In this document: piece after piece, positions 34,201 to 46,990 of the stretch | How positions within the stretch are numbered: position 1 is the stretch's first letter | Layout of the letters: each line of letters begins with the position of its first letter | Assembly (NCBI RefSeq): GCF_001194135.2 | Contig: NC_068995.1 | Location: 38,757,339-38,821,338, forward strand | From: Octopus bimaculoides | Lineage: Eukaryota | Length of the DNA: 64,000 bases | Direction of reading: 5' to 3' | Program-made: the position numbers and the translations under genes | Notes under the pieces: model-generated | What the model was told of the DNA's origin: nothing | Seen by the model: the letters and a program-made list of their open reading frames with translations, nothing else | Databases searched by the model: none

Positions 34201-35269
34201 CTTATTCTATTTATTATTACTTTTAATTTCATATCTATATATATGTGAGTATCCGTATTTGTCTATACCACTGTGCGTATTTATGTATACGTGGAACTGC
34301 ACGTTACCATTAATTTTGACAACCTATCAGCAACTTTTCTACCAATGTGATTGCTGCAGTGAGATAACCGGATTTCTGCAAATGGCTAGCAGTGAGGTGT
34401 AAACGTGATATTAAAATAATTGTCTGAACCATACTATCAGGATAGCTAGATGCCGAGAGAAACCTTACATATATTTCTTTATCGTGTTTATCATGTAATT
34501 ACTAGGAAATTTATATAATTGCCGTGTCTATGTACATAATATATTGGACGTAGTAAAAAAAATTAAAAAGAAAACCGTTGTTTGAAATAAAATGAAAACA
34601 TAAATATAGCATAAATATATTGCTTTCGTATATTTGAATATATTTCACTGATATAAAGATTAGAAGAAGAAAAAAATAAGCTGCAACTCTTTAATAAGCG
34701 GCTGAAAATAAATGAAATAATTAGACATTTTAGACGAATAAGGTCATGTTAAATAAAGTACAACATCCATTCTTCAGACAAATCAGACGCGTAGCATAGT
34801 GGTAAGTGGAACGAAGTATAAATTTGGAGTGGATTAATCCTGAAGAATCGTGAAATCGTGTAACAACAACCTAATTATTTGAATATAAGAAGAGAAATGT
34901 GGACACATGTTTCTTCCTCAACGGGCAACATCATCACATCAATTGTTCTATATAACCTTCGGCAAACGAGGCACCTAAGCACACACATACACACACACAT
35001 CCGTACACACAGACGCACGCATGCACACACGAACATATATACAAACATACATGTCTGTGTTCGGATTGTCCTTCCACAGGGGTCAACCAGACTCCTGTTT
35101 TTGCCGTGAGCAGGGATTAATCTTCCCTCTTCGCTCTTTTGCGCCACATGGGCTCAACTCTCCTCCTCTTTTCATCTAACCCTCCTCCTCTCTTCTCTCT
35201 TCCACTCACACCTACTTCCTCCCACTCACCTCTCCTCTCTTATTTCTTTATTACCCACAAATGGCTAAA

Positions 35270-35463
35270 CATAGATGGGACAAACAAGGACAGACAAAGG
35301 GGTTAAGTCGATTACATCGATCCCAGTGAATAACTGGTACTTTATTTATCGACACCAAAGAGATGAAAGGCAAAGTAGACCTCGGCGGAATTTGAGCTCA
35401 GAACGTAACGGCAGGCTAAGCATTTCGCCCGGCGTGCTAACGTTTCTGCCAGCTCACCGCCTC
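35270..35463 (-). mobile_element. SINE family B copy
   Basis: GTCGATTACATCGATCCCAGTGAATAACTGGTACTTTATTTATCGAC...CTGCCAGCTCACCGCC. Confidence 0.85.
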
Positions 35464-35521
35464 TCTTGCTCTGGCACCTACTTTCCGTCTTCACTCGTAC
35501 TAACCCTAACCCACCCCTACA

Positions 35522-35795
35522 CATTCCAAACCCACCATCCCTATACATTTCATCCCATCCACCCCATCCCTTAGACCCCTCCCTTGCTTCCCCCACTCTC
35601 GCCTCCCTCACACCGCAACATCATCAAACCCCACCCCACACAACCATACCATATCGCACTTCACCACAGACCACCAAACCACACAACACCACCACACACC
35701 ACCACTCCACATACCAACATACCACACCACACCACATCACACCCCGACACACACTAGCATAAACCACATTCCAGCAACTACACTATCATTAACAC
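35522..35795. repeat. 274-bp C/A-rich segment, copy 2
   Basis: Direct repeat of 33410-33683, 2112 bp downstream. Confidence 0.95.
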
Positions 35796-35879
35796 ATCTA
35801 CACATGCACACACGCACACGTCAATGTCACCAGCCCATACACATTTTCATATAGACACGCACATACACCGTCGTTTTTG

Positions 35880-36135
35880 GATCATAACTACTTTATTATC
35901 TCCCCTTCGTCCTAGCTCTCCTGTGTGACCCCTCTGCCCGGCATTCGCCGTGATAGATGACTAGCCTCTATACCTTTTTCTATTTTCTCTCAATGTTTAT
36001 TTTTGTGTTCCTACCTGTCGAAGAGACTAGGCTCGAAACGTAAAATACACTCTCACTTCCCGAGCGTTAAAATAAGATATAAGTTTTTTTGTTTACACGC
36101 CCATCTTCGTCTTTTGTCTTTTGTAAATTCTCACT
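35880..36135 (+). mobile_element. Penelope pLTR-like repeat with a degenerate minimal hammerhead; a related partial copy lies at 58990-59095
   Basis: TCGAAGA-GACTAGGCTC-GAAA-CGTA at 36018-36042. The downstream sequence TTCCCGAGCGTTAA...CTTCGTCTTT is shared with 59020-59075. Confidence 0.5.
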
Positions 36136-36174
36136 ATATATTTATACATATACATACAAACATATAGATATATA

Positions 36175-36234
<60 letters not shown>

Positions 36235-36703
36235 TGTATAAATATATCATTACATATATCAGTTTCCCCTTTCACTGTGGGACTTTCCTCTCTCTTCTTT
36301 CTGACAGGCTACTGCTGCTTAAACAATCAATGACAAGAATTCCTATCAAACCAGCTGATTCATACTTTACTCTAAGTTGAAAAAGTCGTAATGACTGAAA
36401 CCGGTACTAAACTGTTCTTCATGATAAAATTATTTTACCATTTTCTACCTTGTCTTAATTNNNNNNNNNNNNNNNNNNNNNNNNNNNNNNNNNNNNNNNN
36501 NNNNNNNNNNNNNNNNNNNNNNNNNNNNNNNNNNNNNNNNNNNNNNNNNNNNNNNNNNNNNNNNNNNNNNNNNNNNNNNNNNNNNNNNNNNNNNNNNNNN
36601 NNNNNNNNNNNNNNNNNNNNNNNNNNNNNNNNNNNNNNNNNNNNNNNNNNNNNNNNNNNNNNNNNNNNNNNNNNNNNNNNNNNNNNNNNNNNNNNNNNNN
36701 NNN

Positions 36704-36741
<38 letters not shown>

Positions 36742-37254
36742 TACATATAAATATATAATAGGTAAATTTAATAATGTAAGAAACTGGAGAGTTGAGGATG
36801 AATAGCTGATTTATTTGTATCATAGTTTGTTGGTAAGATATAAATGCGAATAGATGTTTCATAGAAGGCTTTTAATTTTGCTCCAAAGGTTAAAACTTAG
36901 TGCTCGATGTCGCTACAGGGAATCATTCCAGAATGTAAAGAGAGACTATGAGAAGGATCAAGCGGAGCGGGTATAGAGTCACATATATGCTGATAAAAAG
37001 AACTACGGTAATAAAATATATTAAATATACTAAATCATCTAACAGTATTGTGAATCGCCGAGCCCCCAGAAACAGCTGTAGGACGTATAACAACTTTCTC
37101 CCTTAATTTTCTTTGTCGTTTGTACTCTGTGTAAGTTGGACCTATTAAAATAAATATTTATATATTTATACATAAAAATTCATCATATGAATGTTTCCCT
37201 CTTTTGCTTCCCCTTGTTTTGCATGTATACATATATAAATATTTTGTATTTCAT

Positions 37255-37620
37255 GCAATGGCCCAGTGGTTAGTGCATCGGTCTCGCGGTCGTAGGATCG
37301 CGGTTTTGATTCCGAGACCGGGAATTGTGAGTGTCTATTGAGCGAAAGCACATAAGACTCCACAAATATCCGGCAGGAGTGGTGGCGAACCCTGGTGTAC
37401 TATTTCCACACAGCTTTCTCTCGCTCTTTCTTCCTGTTTCTGTTTTACCTGTATTTCAAGGAGCCAGGCTTATCATACTCAGTGTCACGCTGCATCTCTC
37501 CGAGGACTACGTTAAGGGTACAGGTGGAGTACTCAGCCCCTAGCACGTTAATTTCACGAGCAGGCAGTTCTGTTGATCGGATCAATCCTCGTCGTCCTAA
37601 CCGACGGACTGCCACGAATG
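37255..37620 (+). mobile_element. SINE family A, near full length
   Basis: GCAATGGCCCAGTGGTTAG (A box) and GGTTTTGATTCC (B box). The body is collinear with 1842-2220. Confidence 0.85.
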
Positions 37621-37648
37621 TGATGTGTCCAAATTGTTTTATCCGCAT

Positions 37649-37698
<50 letters not shown>

Positions 37699-40387
37699 AT
37701 ATATATATATATATATATATGCATGATTACAATTCCTTTTTATTAATCTGGGGAGAAGAATAATTAAGTTACGGAGAAATTGCTCTACAATTTGAAATTC
37801 ATAATTGATTTCCCAATGAATATCTCAACAGAGATTCGTAATCTCTGACAAATATTGTTGTATTGTGCAGACATATCGAGCACCACTTTGGTTTCTGTAA
37901 TCACGTTGGTCTACAACCATAGTAGAGACGTTTATTGATATTTGAATATGTTATTAAAATTCCTCATTTAAATATCTAATCACCCGTAATTTAGTATGCC
38001 GTTTCAAATACTTTGGAGGATAGAAATACGTTGTCCATTAATTGCTTTTCATTTAAATATGTATTTTTTCATGTCATATCATGTTTATTTAAATCGTTCT
38101 ACTAATATTTGTAGCATTATCTGGAGACAATTATATTCCCAGTAAAATACATCGATAGTATATATTGGAAAACTGCCATCATTAATTTATTTCATTTAAA
38201 AAATATATTCAAAAAGTTAGTATTCGGAAGAGACGAAATAATTTATGTAATATTTCAAGTTTTGATTTGTTTACACTTCTGTGAATCTTAAATTTAAAAT
38301 GTATGCAAATGCTATTAAAATTCATATGATTTATAGAGCATAAACTCTGAATATTTTAGAAGCATAAATAAATTCAAAGGCGAAACTGTGAATGAATAAT
38401 TTCCTATGTTCTATGATAGTTTTGTCTGTCCAACGTTGCCCGAAATTTTACTTTAAAATGAGGAATTAAAAAAACTGTTGTTCGATGTATATCATCACAG
38501 TGTATAAACTGTTTGTGCGTCTGTAAATAGATATATGCGTGTGTGCTATGAGAGAAAGCAAGAAAATAGGAGAGGTCAATTGCAGAATATAATTCAAGAG
38601 AAAGTGAAATGTCGCAAAGTGTCACTAACCCTGAAACATAATTGCTACTTCAATCTCCCTATACGTTGCTACATCGTGGCATGTAGTTTTGTTCTATTCA
38701 GTAGTAGAACATCTTGAATCTGTCTAAAATGTTCTGTTTTCCGCAGTATAAACCCTACTGCCCAATGCTGGAGTAATTATCTCGCTTCATTAAAGACTAA
38801 GTTTGTGTTATTTATCTCCTCATCGTACACATGAGAAACAGATGTCCAGTACAGTTGATTTAATGCATATTTTTGACTTTGCTATCTTACTTTCTGATCC
38901 GTGTGAATGAAAAACTATTTTGTCTCCTAAATAGGGCAACGGAATTCTTTACTAAAAGGAACAGACTGATACCTAGAACTCCGACGGTGCCAAATTGTCA
39001 AATCATATATTTGACAATGTTTTTCGCTAGTACCATTCCAATTTGACGTCTTTGACGTATATGCATAGTTCACACACACACATACAAAGTCATACAGATA
39101 GACACAAATACACACACTGATATACACACATATGCACATACACACGTATATATATATATATATNNNNNNNNNNNNNNNNNNNNNNNNNNNNNNNNNNNNN
39201 NNNNNNNNNNNNNNNNNNNNNNNNNNNNNNNNNNNNNNNNNNNNNNNNNNNNNNNNNNNNNNNNNNNNNNNNNNNNNNNNNNNNNNNNNNNNNNNNNNNN
39301 NNNNNNNNNNNNNNNNNNNNNNNNNNNNNNNNNNNNNNNNNNNNNNNNNNNNNNNNNNNNNNNNNNNNNNNNNNNNNNNNNNNNNNNNNNNNNNNNNNNN
39401 NNNNNNNNNNNNNNNNNNNNNNNNNNNNNNNNNNNNNNNNNNNNNNNNNNNNNNNNNNNNNNNNNNNNNNNNNNNNNNNNNNNNNNNNNNNNNNNNNNNN
39501 NNNNNNNNNNNNNNNNNNNNNNNNNNNNNNNNNNNNNNNNNNNNNNNNNNNNNNNNNNNNNNNNNNNNNNNNNNNNNNNNNNNNNNNNNNNNNNNNNNNN
39601 NNNNNNNNNNNNNNNNNNNNNNNNNNNNNNNNNNNNNNNNNNNNNNNNNNNNNNNNNNNNNNNNNNNNNNNNNNNNNNNNNNNNNNNNNNNNNNNNNNNN
39701 NNNNNNNNNNNNNNNNNNNNNNNNNNNNNNNNNNNNNNNNNNNNNNNNNNNNNNNNNNNNNNNNNNNNNNNNNNNNNNNNNNNNNNNNNNNNNNNNNNNN
39801 NNNNNNNNNNNNNNNNNNNNNNNNNNNNNNNNNNNNNNNACCCGTATATACATATGTATACATATATATACACATATATATACACACACACATATATACA
39901 TATACATACACACCTGTATATATACACACACTCATACGTCCACATTTATACATATGCACATACGTAGCTACGCATATACAAATATACACATGTGTGCGTG
40001 TCCCCATATACACACATGTATTCATCTACATATACGTACATGTATAGATAGAAATATATTCATGCACATACACATAGCTATACATCTACGCCTATTACCT
40101 AATCAAATAAACAGATTCGTATATACATATACATACATGAATACATACGCAAACACACGTATGCACATACATACATACAAATACATATACATATACATGT
40201 ATACATATATACACATATATACATACACATATATATATGTGTGTACATATAAAAGAAAAATAACTCAAGTGTTTTATATATACATACATACACACACCCA
40301 CATACATACAGAACTTAATAACGTATATATATATGGTTTTATACAAATACATACACAATTATACATGCTTACATATACGTTGATTTG

Positions 40388-40419
<32 letters not shown>

Positions 40420-41225
40420 NNNNNNNNNNNNNNNNNNNNNNNNNNNNNNNNNNNNNNNNNNNNNNNNNNNNATATATACATATGTACTATTAATTCTATG
40501 TTAGTCTTAAGTGTATGTTGTTTGTTGCCTGCCATAGAAACGTGCATGAGATTTGTTGCCACCACTACGAAGCATTATGTACTTGTGGTATTGATGATAC
40601 TTTGGATGGTGGGATTGGTAGCAGTGTTGATGTTGGATCATTTAAAACCACAAACATACGCATCAACTAGCTATTAACAAATGATTTGAAATTTAGACCA
40701 AGCATAGGTCGTTCATCTTCTGGAGCTCACCACCTGACTAAGGCGTTAGCTATCCTATTACAACTGTTAGACCGTGTCAACTACGGTTACTACAGACACT
40801 AGCATTGCGGCTGCTCCAACTTACAGTCACTTCTGCATAAGGAAAAAGAAAAGGTTCCATTGATAGAAATAGTGCAGCTGCTGCTACTACTATGAAGAAT
40901 TAACAATCTAAAAGATACAGAGAAATACCAGCAGCAACTGATTTCTGCAAAAATAATTATGTACTTCCACGGCAAGTATCATGGCAGATTTACTTAATTC
41001 ATTTCAATTTACATTTCGTTTTATTTCAGCACGACTAAATCGTTTCTGAAACGATAAAAAACAGTCGTATATTTCAATGAAAACGTAAACAAATTCTTTC
41101 GCTTTCTGCTTAATATTGATATATATGTGTGTGTGTGTACGTGTGTATGTGTGTATGGGAGCATGTGTAAGTGCGCGAATATGTGCCTGTGTTTTGATTG
41201 CACATGTTTGTGTGTTTTGATGTAA

Positions 41226-41277
<52 letters not shown>

Positions 41278-41842
41278 NNNNNNNNNNNNNNNNNNNNNNN
41301 NNNNNNNNNNNNNNNNNNNNNNNNNNNNNNNNNNNNNNNNNNNNNNNNNNNNNNNNNNNNNNNNNNNNNNNNNNNNNNNNNNNNNNNNNNNNNNNNNNNN
41401 NNNNNNNNNNNNNNNNNNNNNNNNNNNNNNNNNNNNNNNNNNNNNNNNNNNNNNNNNNNNNNNNNNNNNNNNNNNNNNNNNNNNNNNNNNNNNNNNNNNN
41501 NNNNNNNNNNNNNNNNNNNNNNNNNNNNNNNNNNNNNNNNNNNNNNNNNNNNNNNNNNNNNNNNNNNNNNNNNNNNNNNNNNNNNNNNNNNNNNNNNNNN
41601 NNNNNNNNNNNNNNNNNNNNNNNNNNNNNNNNNNNNNNNNNNNNNNNNNNNNNNNNNNNNNNNNNNNNNNNNNNNNNNNNNNNNNNNNNNNNNNNNNNNN
41701 NNNNNNNNNNNNNNNNNNNNNNNNNNNNNNNNNNNNNNNNNNNNNNNNNNNNNNNNNNNNNNNNNNNNNNNNNNNNNNNNNNNNNNNNNNNNNNNNNNNN
41801 NNNNNNNNNNNNNNNNNNNNNNNNNNNNNNNNNNNNNNNNNN

Positions 41843-41889
<47 letters not shown>

Positions 41890-42087
41890 AAGTTGTAACA
41901 TGCTAGTGATATGTCATTCTATAAGTACTGCCTCAAGAAAGGTGTCGAGTGGCAGAATAAGATCGAACGTCAAAGATGTTAGAAATATCTGGTCTTGAGT
42001 CGGAACACATGAGTCAGCAGAGCTTGAATGCTTCTGCATGTTTTGTTGCTTACACCACTGGGTTGCTCTAGACAAATGTATTCCAGT

Positions 42088-44490
42088 GCAAGAACCGTTC
42101 TCTGACAGTGAAGCCCGACTCCTTCGCCAAACCAAGAGAAGTGTGGGGAAAAGGCGAGTATCTGGCGCCTTCAAGTAACCAGTGTTCCGGGTAAGGTGTA
42201 CTCGCTGGCCTTGGATGGCAAGCAACCTAGGAGAAGGAATACTCTGAAGAAGCTGAAACCCAGGGGACCAAAGCACCTGTCGGCTTGGTGGACCACCCTG
42301 AATGATACGCTATCGCGATAAATTTACCGGTTGATAGTAACCTAAAAGCACACCTCATTTGTGAGTGAAAATGCCAACCAAGACAGATGACGTTGACGGT
42401 AACCATGCTACAAGACATGAATGGAGTAAACAGGTAAACATGATTGTTATGGAGTGATACTACCGAAGAAACCTCAGTGGGTGAGAATGGCGTGCTTGTC
42501 AGAGGGTACTGAAAAGGAATACACAGATAATGGAAGGGAATACAATCTTCTACTAACTGTTTCTTTTTTTATTCTGTCAATGCCGAGGTGGTGATGGGAG
42601 TTGAGCACCCATCACTCATAAAATGCTCCAATGGCCTGTGCAAAGAAATGTCCTCTGATAGCCAATCCCGACTCCATCGACAAACCAATAAGAGAAGAGT
42701 GGGAAAAGGCCTATATCTGGTGCCTTCAAATAACCAGTGCTCAGGGTAGGCTGTACATGTTAACTTTGGATGGCAAGCATCCTAGGAGAAGGAACACCCT
42801 GAGTTCAAAACCAGGAGAACAAGGACCCTGTTGCCTTAGTGGTCTACTTTGATAGAGATGGTGTCTCCATAAAAATCCCGTTTGCTAGTAATCTAATACC
42901 ACACCACATATATTAGTGAAAATGTCGAGCAGATTAGATGCCGATAACGGTGTCAATGGGAAGGTGCCGCGCCGAGCCAGTGCCCCTCTATGCAATACCG
43001 TGGGCCTGGTCATAATCCAGAAACTGCTAGCCATGCTACAAGACATAAGTGGAGTAAACAAATAAGCATGATGATTACGGAGTGTTACTATCGAAGCACC
43101 CCAGTGATGGGAATAGTGTACCTGAAAGAGCGCATAGAAAACGAATGCACAGTGAATGGAAAGCAATAGAATAGTTCGAAATTACTGAACAGAGATTTTG
43201 TGACCAAGCAAGAGCACTTCGAAAGAATGGATGGTTAAAAGAATTGGAGCTAGAAGCTATACAAAGAAGGACACTTGGTGAGGCTTGGCATGCGAGAAAC
43301 GAAAGTGGTATAATGGAAGAGTCTGACAATTGTTCGCAAGAATATAATACCGTGAATTGTGAAATAATTGAGATCAGTGACTATTCAAACACTGAAGACA
43401 GAATTTTGGATCAACTAAATACAGAAGGGACATAATCTATGTGCGACTTTAACAAAGCTAATTAACGGAGACTAAATCAGTCGATAATATATTGTGATAC
43501 ATTGAAACAAAGAACATCACAGGAACAAATAATCTTATCAAGGCTGCTAGCAGGGATGTCGTGAAAAGAATGGGATTGAGAACTACTGAGAATAGAACAG
43601 CGGCGGATAGAAGAGGAAATAAACAAGTATAGTGGAAATAGGAGATTTTCTGAATATATAAACTCCTTGAAGAGTGTAGTGTCAGTACATACCAGGAAAA
43701 GAAATGCAGAACCTAAGAATGAATGTAAACTCGAAAAAGTTAGGAAGTATGGTGTTGATAAAAATATAAGCAACTGGAAAGCAGCAGAACTTGATGGTGT
43801 GCAGGGATTTGGGATAAAAAAAGTTCAGTAGTTGCCATAAATTGATCACAGAGCAATTTTATGTATTGATCAATGGAGAAGAAGAAATCCCGGGGTGATT
43901 GACAAAAGGACGAACGGTGCTGTGCCTGAAGGATCCATCAAATGCAAATACAGTTGTAAATTGAAGACCAATTTCTTACCTCTCATTAATGTGGAAGTTA
44001 TTGTCAGGAGGAATTGCAGAAGAACTGTATAAATTCCTGGATGAGAACGATATATATCGCCCGGCCTAAAAGGCTGTAGAAGGAGAGGCAGGGCTAACGA
44101 AGATCAACTATTGATAGACAAAATGTTAATGCAAGTTTGTAAACGAAGGAGAACAAATCTGAGAATGGCCTGCATTGACTATCGCAAATCTTATGAGATA
44201 ATTTCACATTCGCGGATCTTCGAGTGCAGAGATTTGTTGGGAGGTACGAAGAATATTACCTGTTTCCTGAAGAGAAGTATAGTGGATGGTAAACTGAACT
44301 GATATCATACGGAAACAGCTTGGGCAACCGGGGTTTCAGAAGAGGGATTTTCCATTGTGATAGCCTTTCTATCAGTTCTCTGCATGATACCCATGACCTT
44401 GGTACTTAGGGAAATGACCTTGGGGTATAAACTAAAGGAAAAATCCCAAAGAAACAACCACTTCCACTTCATGCACGATTTTCAAACTGT
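42088..44490 (+). mobile_element. Decayed R4/Dong LINE with a duplicated 5' UTR/N-terminus, RT to the YxDD region
   Basis: Remnants read [89 protein letters not shown] and GIFHCDSLS. Confidence 0.85.
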
Positions 44491-45319
44491 AAACAAGAAT
44501 GGTTATATGCACTAAAAGCCAATTTGAGATATTCTCTGATTGTGACCATCGTTTTATTCTGTGATCTAACGCGACAAGCATTTTTCAGTGGGGGGGGGGG
44601 GGAATATTATGTCCTGGTATTAATACTGCTTCTGTCGCGGATAATAACTTTTCTAGCTAAATTCGTTTAAATATCTGACTTTACTTCCTAATTTGTGCAT
44701 GAAATTTTACGCTATAATAATAAAAATAATACATTGAACATTGTACAGTGTGTCCTTCTGGTAATTATAATACAATTTGTTCACAGGCTTCAATAGAGTG
44801 GGCACATGATCTGGTGACACACAGACAAATTTGAATAGATTATATTAAAGGCAATACTTATTTCAGTTTCGTGAATATTTTGGCGAGTCCGTGTGTAAAA
44901 GGTTTTCGTTACAGGACATGAAAAAACACTGTAAAGGATAAACCATTCTTATTGTAACAAGCACAAAACATAACACACACTTGTATATTCACATGTGTCA
45001 GTTCCTATATCCGCATATGCAACATATTTTTGTGCAGTTCCTACCCACCAAATTCTACTCATAAAATGTTCGGGAAACAAAGCCGAAAACGCTTAAGGAA
45101 CTCATTATGAGCTTGAAAAAGAAATCAACTATCAAACATCTTTGGCATGCAGTTATATCCATCAACTTTCTAAATATCCTGAAACAGGCTTCCTTTAGCT
45201 GTTACACAATGTTATTAGACTCAAGTCACATGGCGAGCATGGTCGCTTTTTTGTCATTGTTATGTGGAAATTGGATTCTGGTCGTAATTTGTTGTTGAGA
45301 AAATCAACTTAATGTTATA

Positions 45320-46590
45320 CGCGGGTAGATCAAACATTTTGTGTACTGTTGTTTCGGTAATTTATTTAAAAAATAAGAAGTGGCTGAATAATTTTATTAT
45401 TTTTTGTAATTGCCTTCTTGTTTTATGATGCACTTCTTCCAGCGTTCCACAAGCTTGTTTATTCCTTCGGAAAAGTGTTTCGGCTGGTAGTGAAGCTGCT
45501 TGTGCCCCTTTTTCACCTGTAGCAAATTTACGACCTCGTAAAGTATATTTGAACAGTCCAGATAGATGATATTCACACAATATCTGGACTGTGAGCAAGC
45601 TGTTCTAGCAGCCCAGGACCGAATTTTTAAATAGTTTCAACGGTGTAGCCGGATGTATAAGATCGTGCTTTGTTGTGCACCAATAACAATAACACTTGAT
45701 TTGACGATAAACCTCAGCATTTGGTGCGAATTTTTCATTATACTTTGCTGTTCCAGCATTTCACTGTCACCTACACCGGTGACCATAGAATTCAGTATAG
45801 GTTCTTTTGCAGTTATCATCACGTTTTTCTGCAGAAAGGTGAGTCTTGAATTTCACTTCTGCTGGCGATTACGAAAGTTTTTACTCCGTATTCTGCATTT
45901 TGTATTCTCGTTCAAATGATGGATAGACTCAGTTCTCATCTCTTATGACTAGTCTCTCCAAACATGCTCCGCTTTCTTCGTTCTAGCAGTCAGGAAAGCG
46001 TTGACAGATCTCCACACGTCTACGCTTAGGCGGTTTGGTGAGCTTTCTTGTCACTCATTTTTCACAGATTTTATGGAAGCTAAGATTGCCGTAGAGGATT
46101 CCATAAGTATATCCAGGAAATAACTTACATAAAATCTATTTGGCCATCGGTGGTGACTCATAGGTTAGCCAGCGAGCTTGTTGAATGTTCATGTCAGTAA
46201 TGGTGGCTAATGGGCTTACTGCCTACCTCTTCATTTTCACACCTTTCCGGCCACTATTTTTTTTTAAATTCTCAATTCACTCATATACAATTTTACGGCA
46301 GAGTGCTGTCCCCATATCGTATTAAAGGCCTACGAGGAATATTAGCCCTGACACATCTTAAGACAACAGAAATCGGATCTCTGTTCCCTATTCTTCCTCG
46401 CTGACACTGTCATCAGAGCGGCTGTATTTACTCTGTAAGACAAGACAATAAAATTTTGCAGTATCGTGTTTGGTTCTTCGTACTCTTAATTCATATAGCA
46501 CTGCAATAAATTTTGCCCTTTCATGAGTGACAGGTGTAGCTCGATTTAATTGCCTTATAGTACTATCAATATGGTTCTTCAATCAAAATA
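45320..46590 (-). mobile_element. mariner transposon remnant, near full length, many stops
   Basis: TA+CGCGGGTAGATCAAA TIR at 45318. Minus-strand remnants are FHKICEK*VTRKLT, RRVEICQRF, LERLVIRDEN, KFKTHLSAEK, AHSPD and LFKYTLRGRKF. The right boundary is approximate. Confidence 0.85.
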
Positions 46591-46834
46591 AATGGCTTAG
46601 AGAAGGATAGTTCAGTAAATCATTCAAATACGTTTATTTTCATTTGTCGACATCGGAAGAATGGAAGAAAATTGAGACTCCGACTTCCGTCAGAACTAAA
46701 TACATTGTGGCATATTGTGTGATATTTTATCAACTATAAACTGGGTCATTCTTGAGAATATTTCTGCAATTACGATAAAGTTGTTACAAATTTTACAGAA
46801 ATAATTGTTTTTAATATAGACACTATGCTTATAT

Positions 46835-46990
46835 TTGGGAGCTGGTGTTATCGAATTGATCGACACCCGTACTTGACATTTGCTATGTTTATTTCAAAAG
46901 GATAAAACGCAGAGTGATGTTAGTGCGGTATGAACTCAGGACGTAAAGAGCCAGATGAATTACCGCAGGACTTTTGCACCGGCGCTCCAG
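46835..46990 (-). mobile_element. SINE family B, diverged copy
   Basis: AAGGATAAAACGCAGAGTG...GGTATGAACTCAGGACGTAAAGAG...CGGCGCTCCAGTGATTCCACC. Confidence 0.55.

Noticed and set aside
42244-42260. CTGAAGA-AGCT-GAAAC as a hammerhead core in the R4 5' region
   Set aside because: Stem II is not formable, there is no stem I/III pairing, and the second copy reads CTGAGTTCAAAAC.
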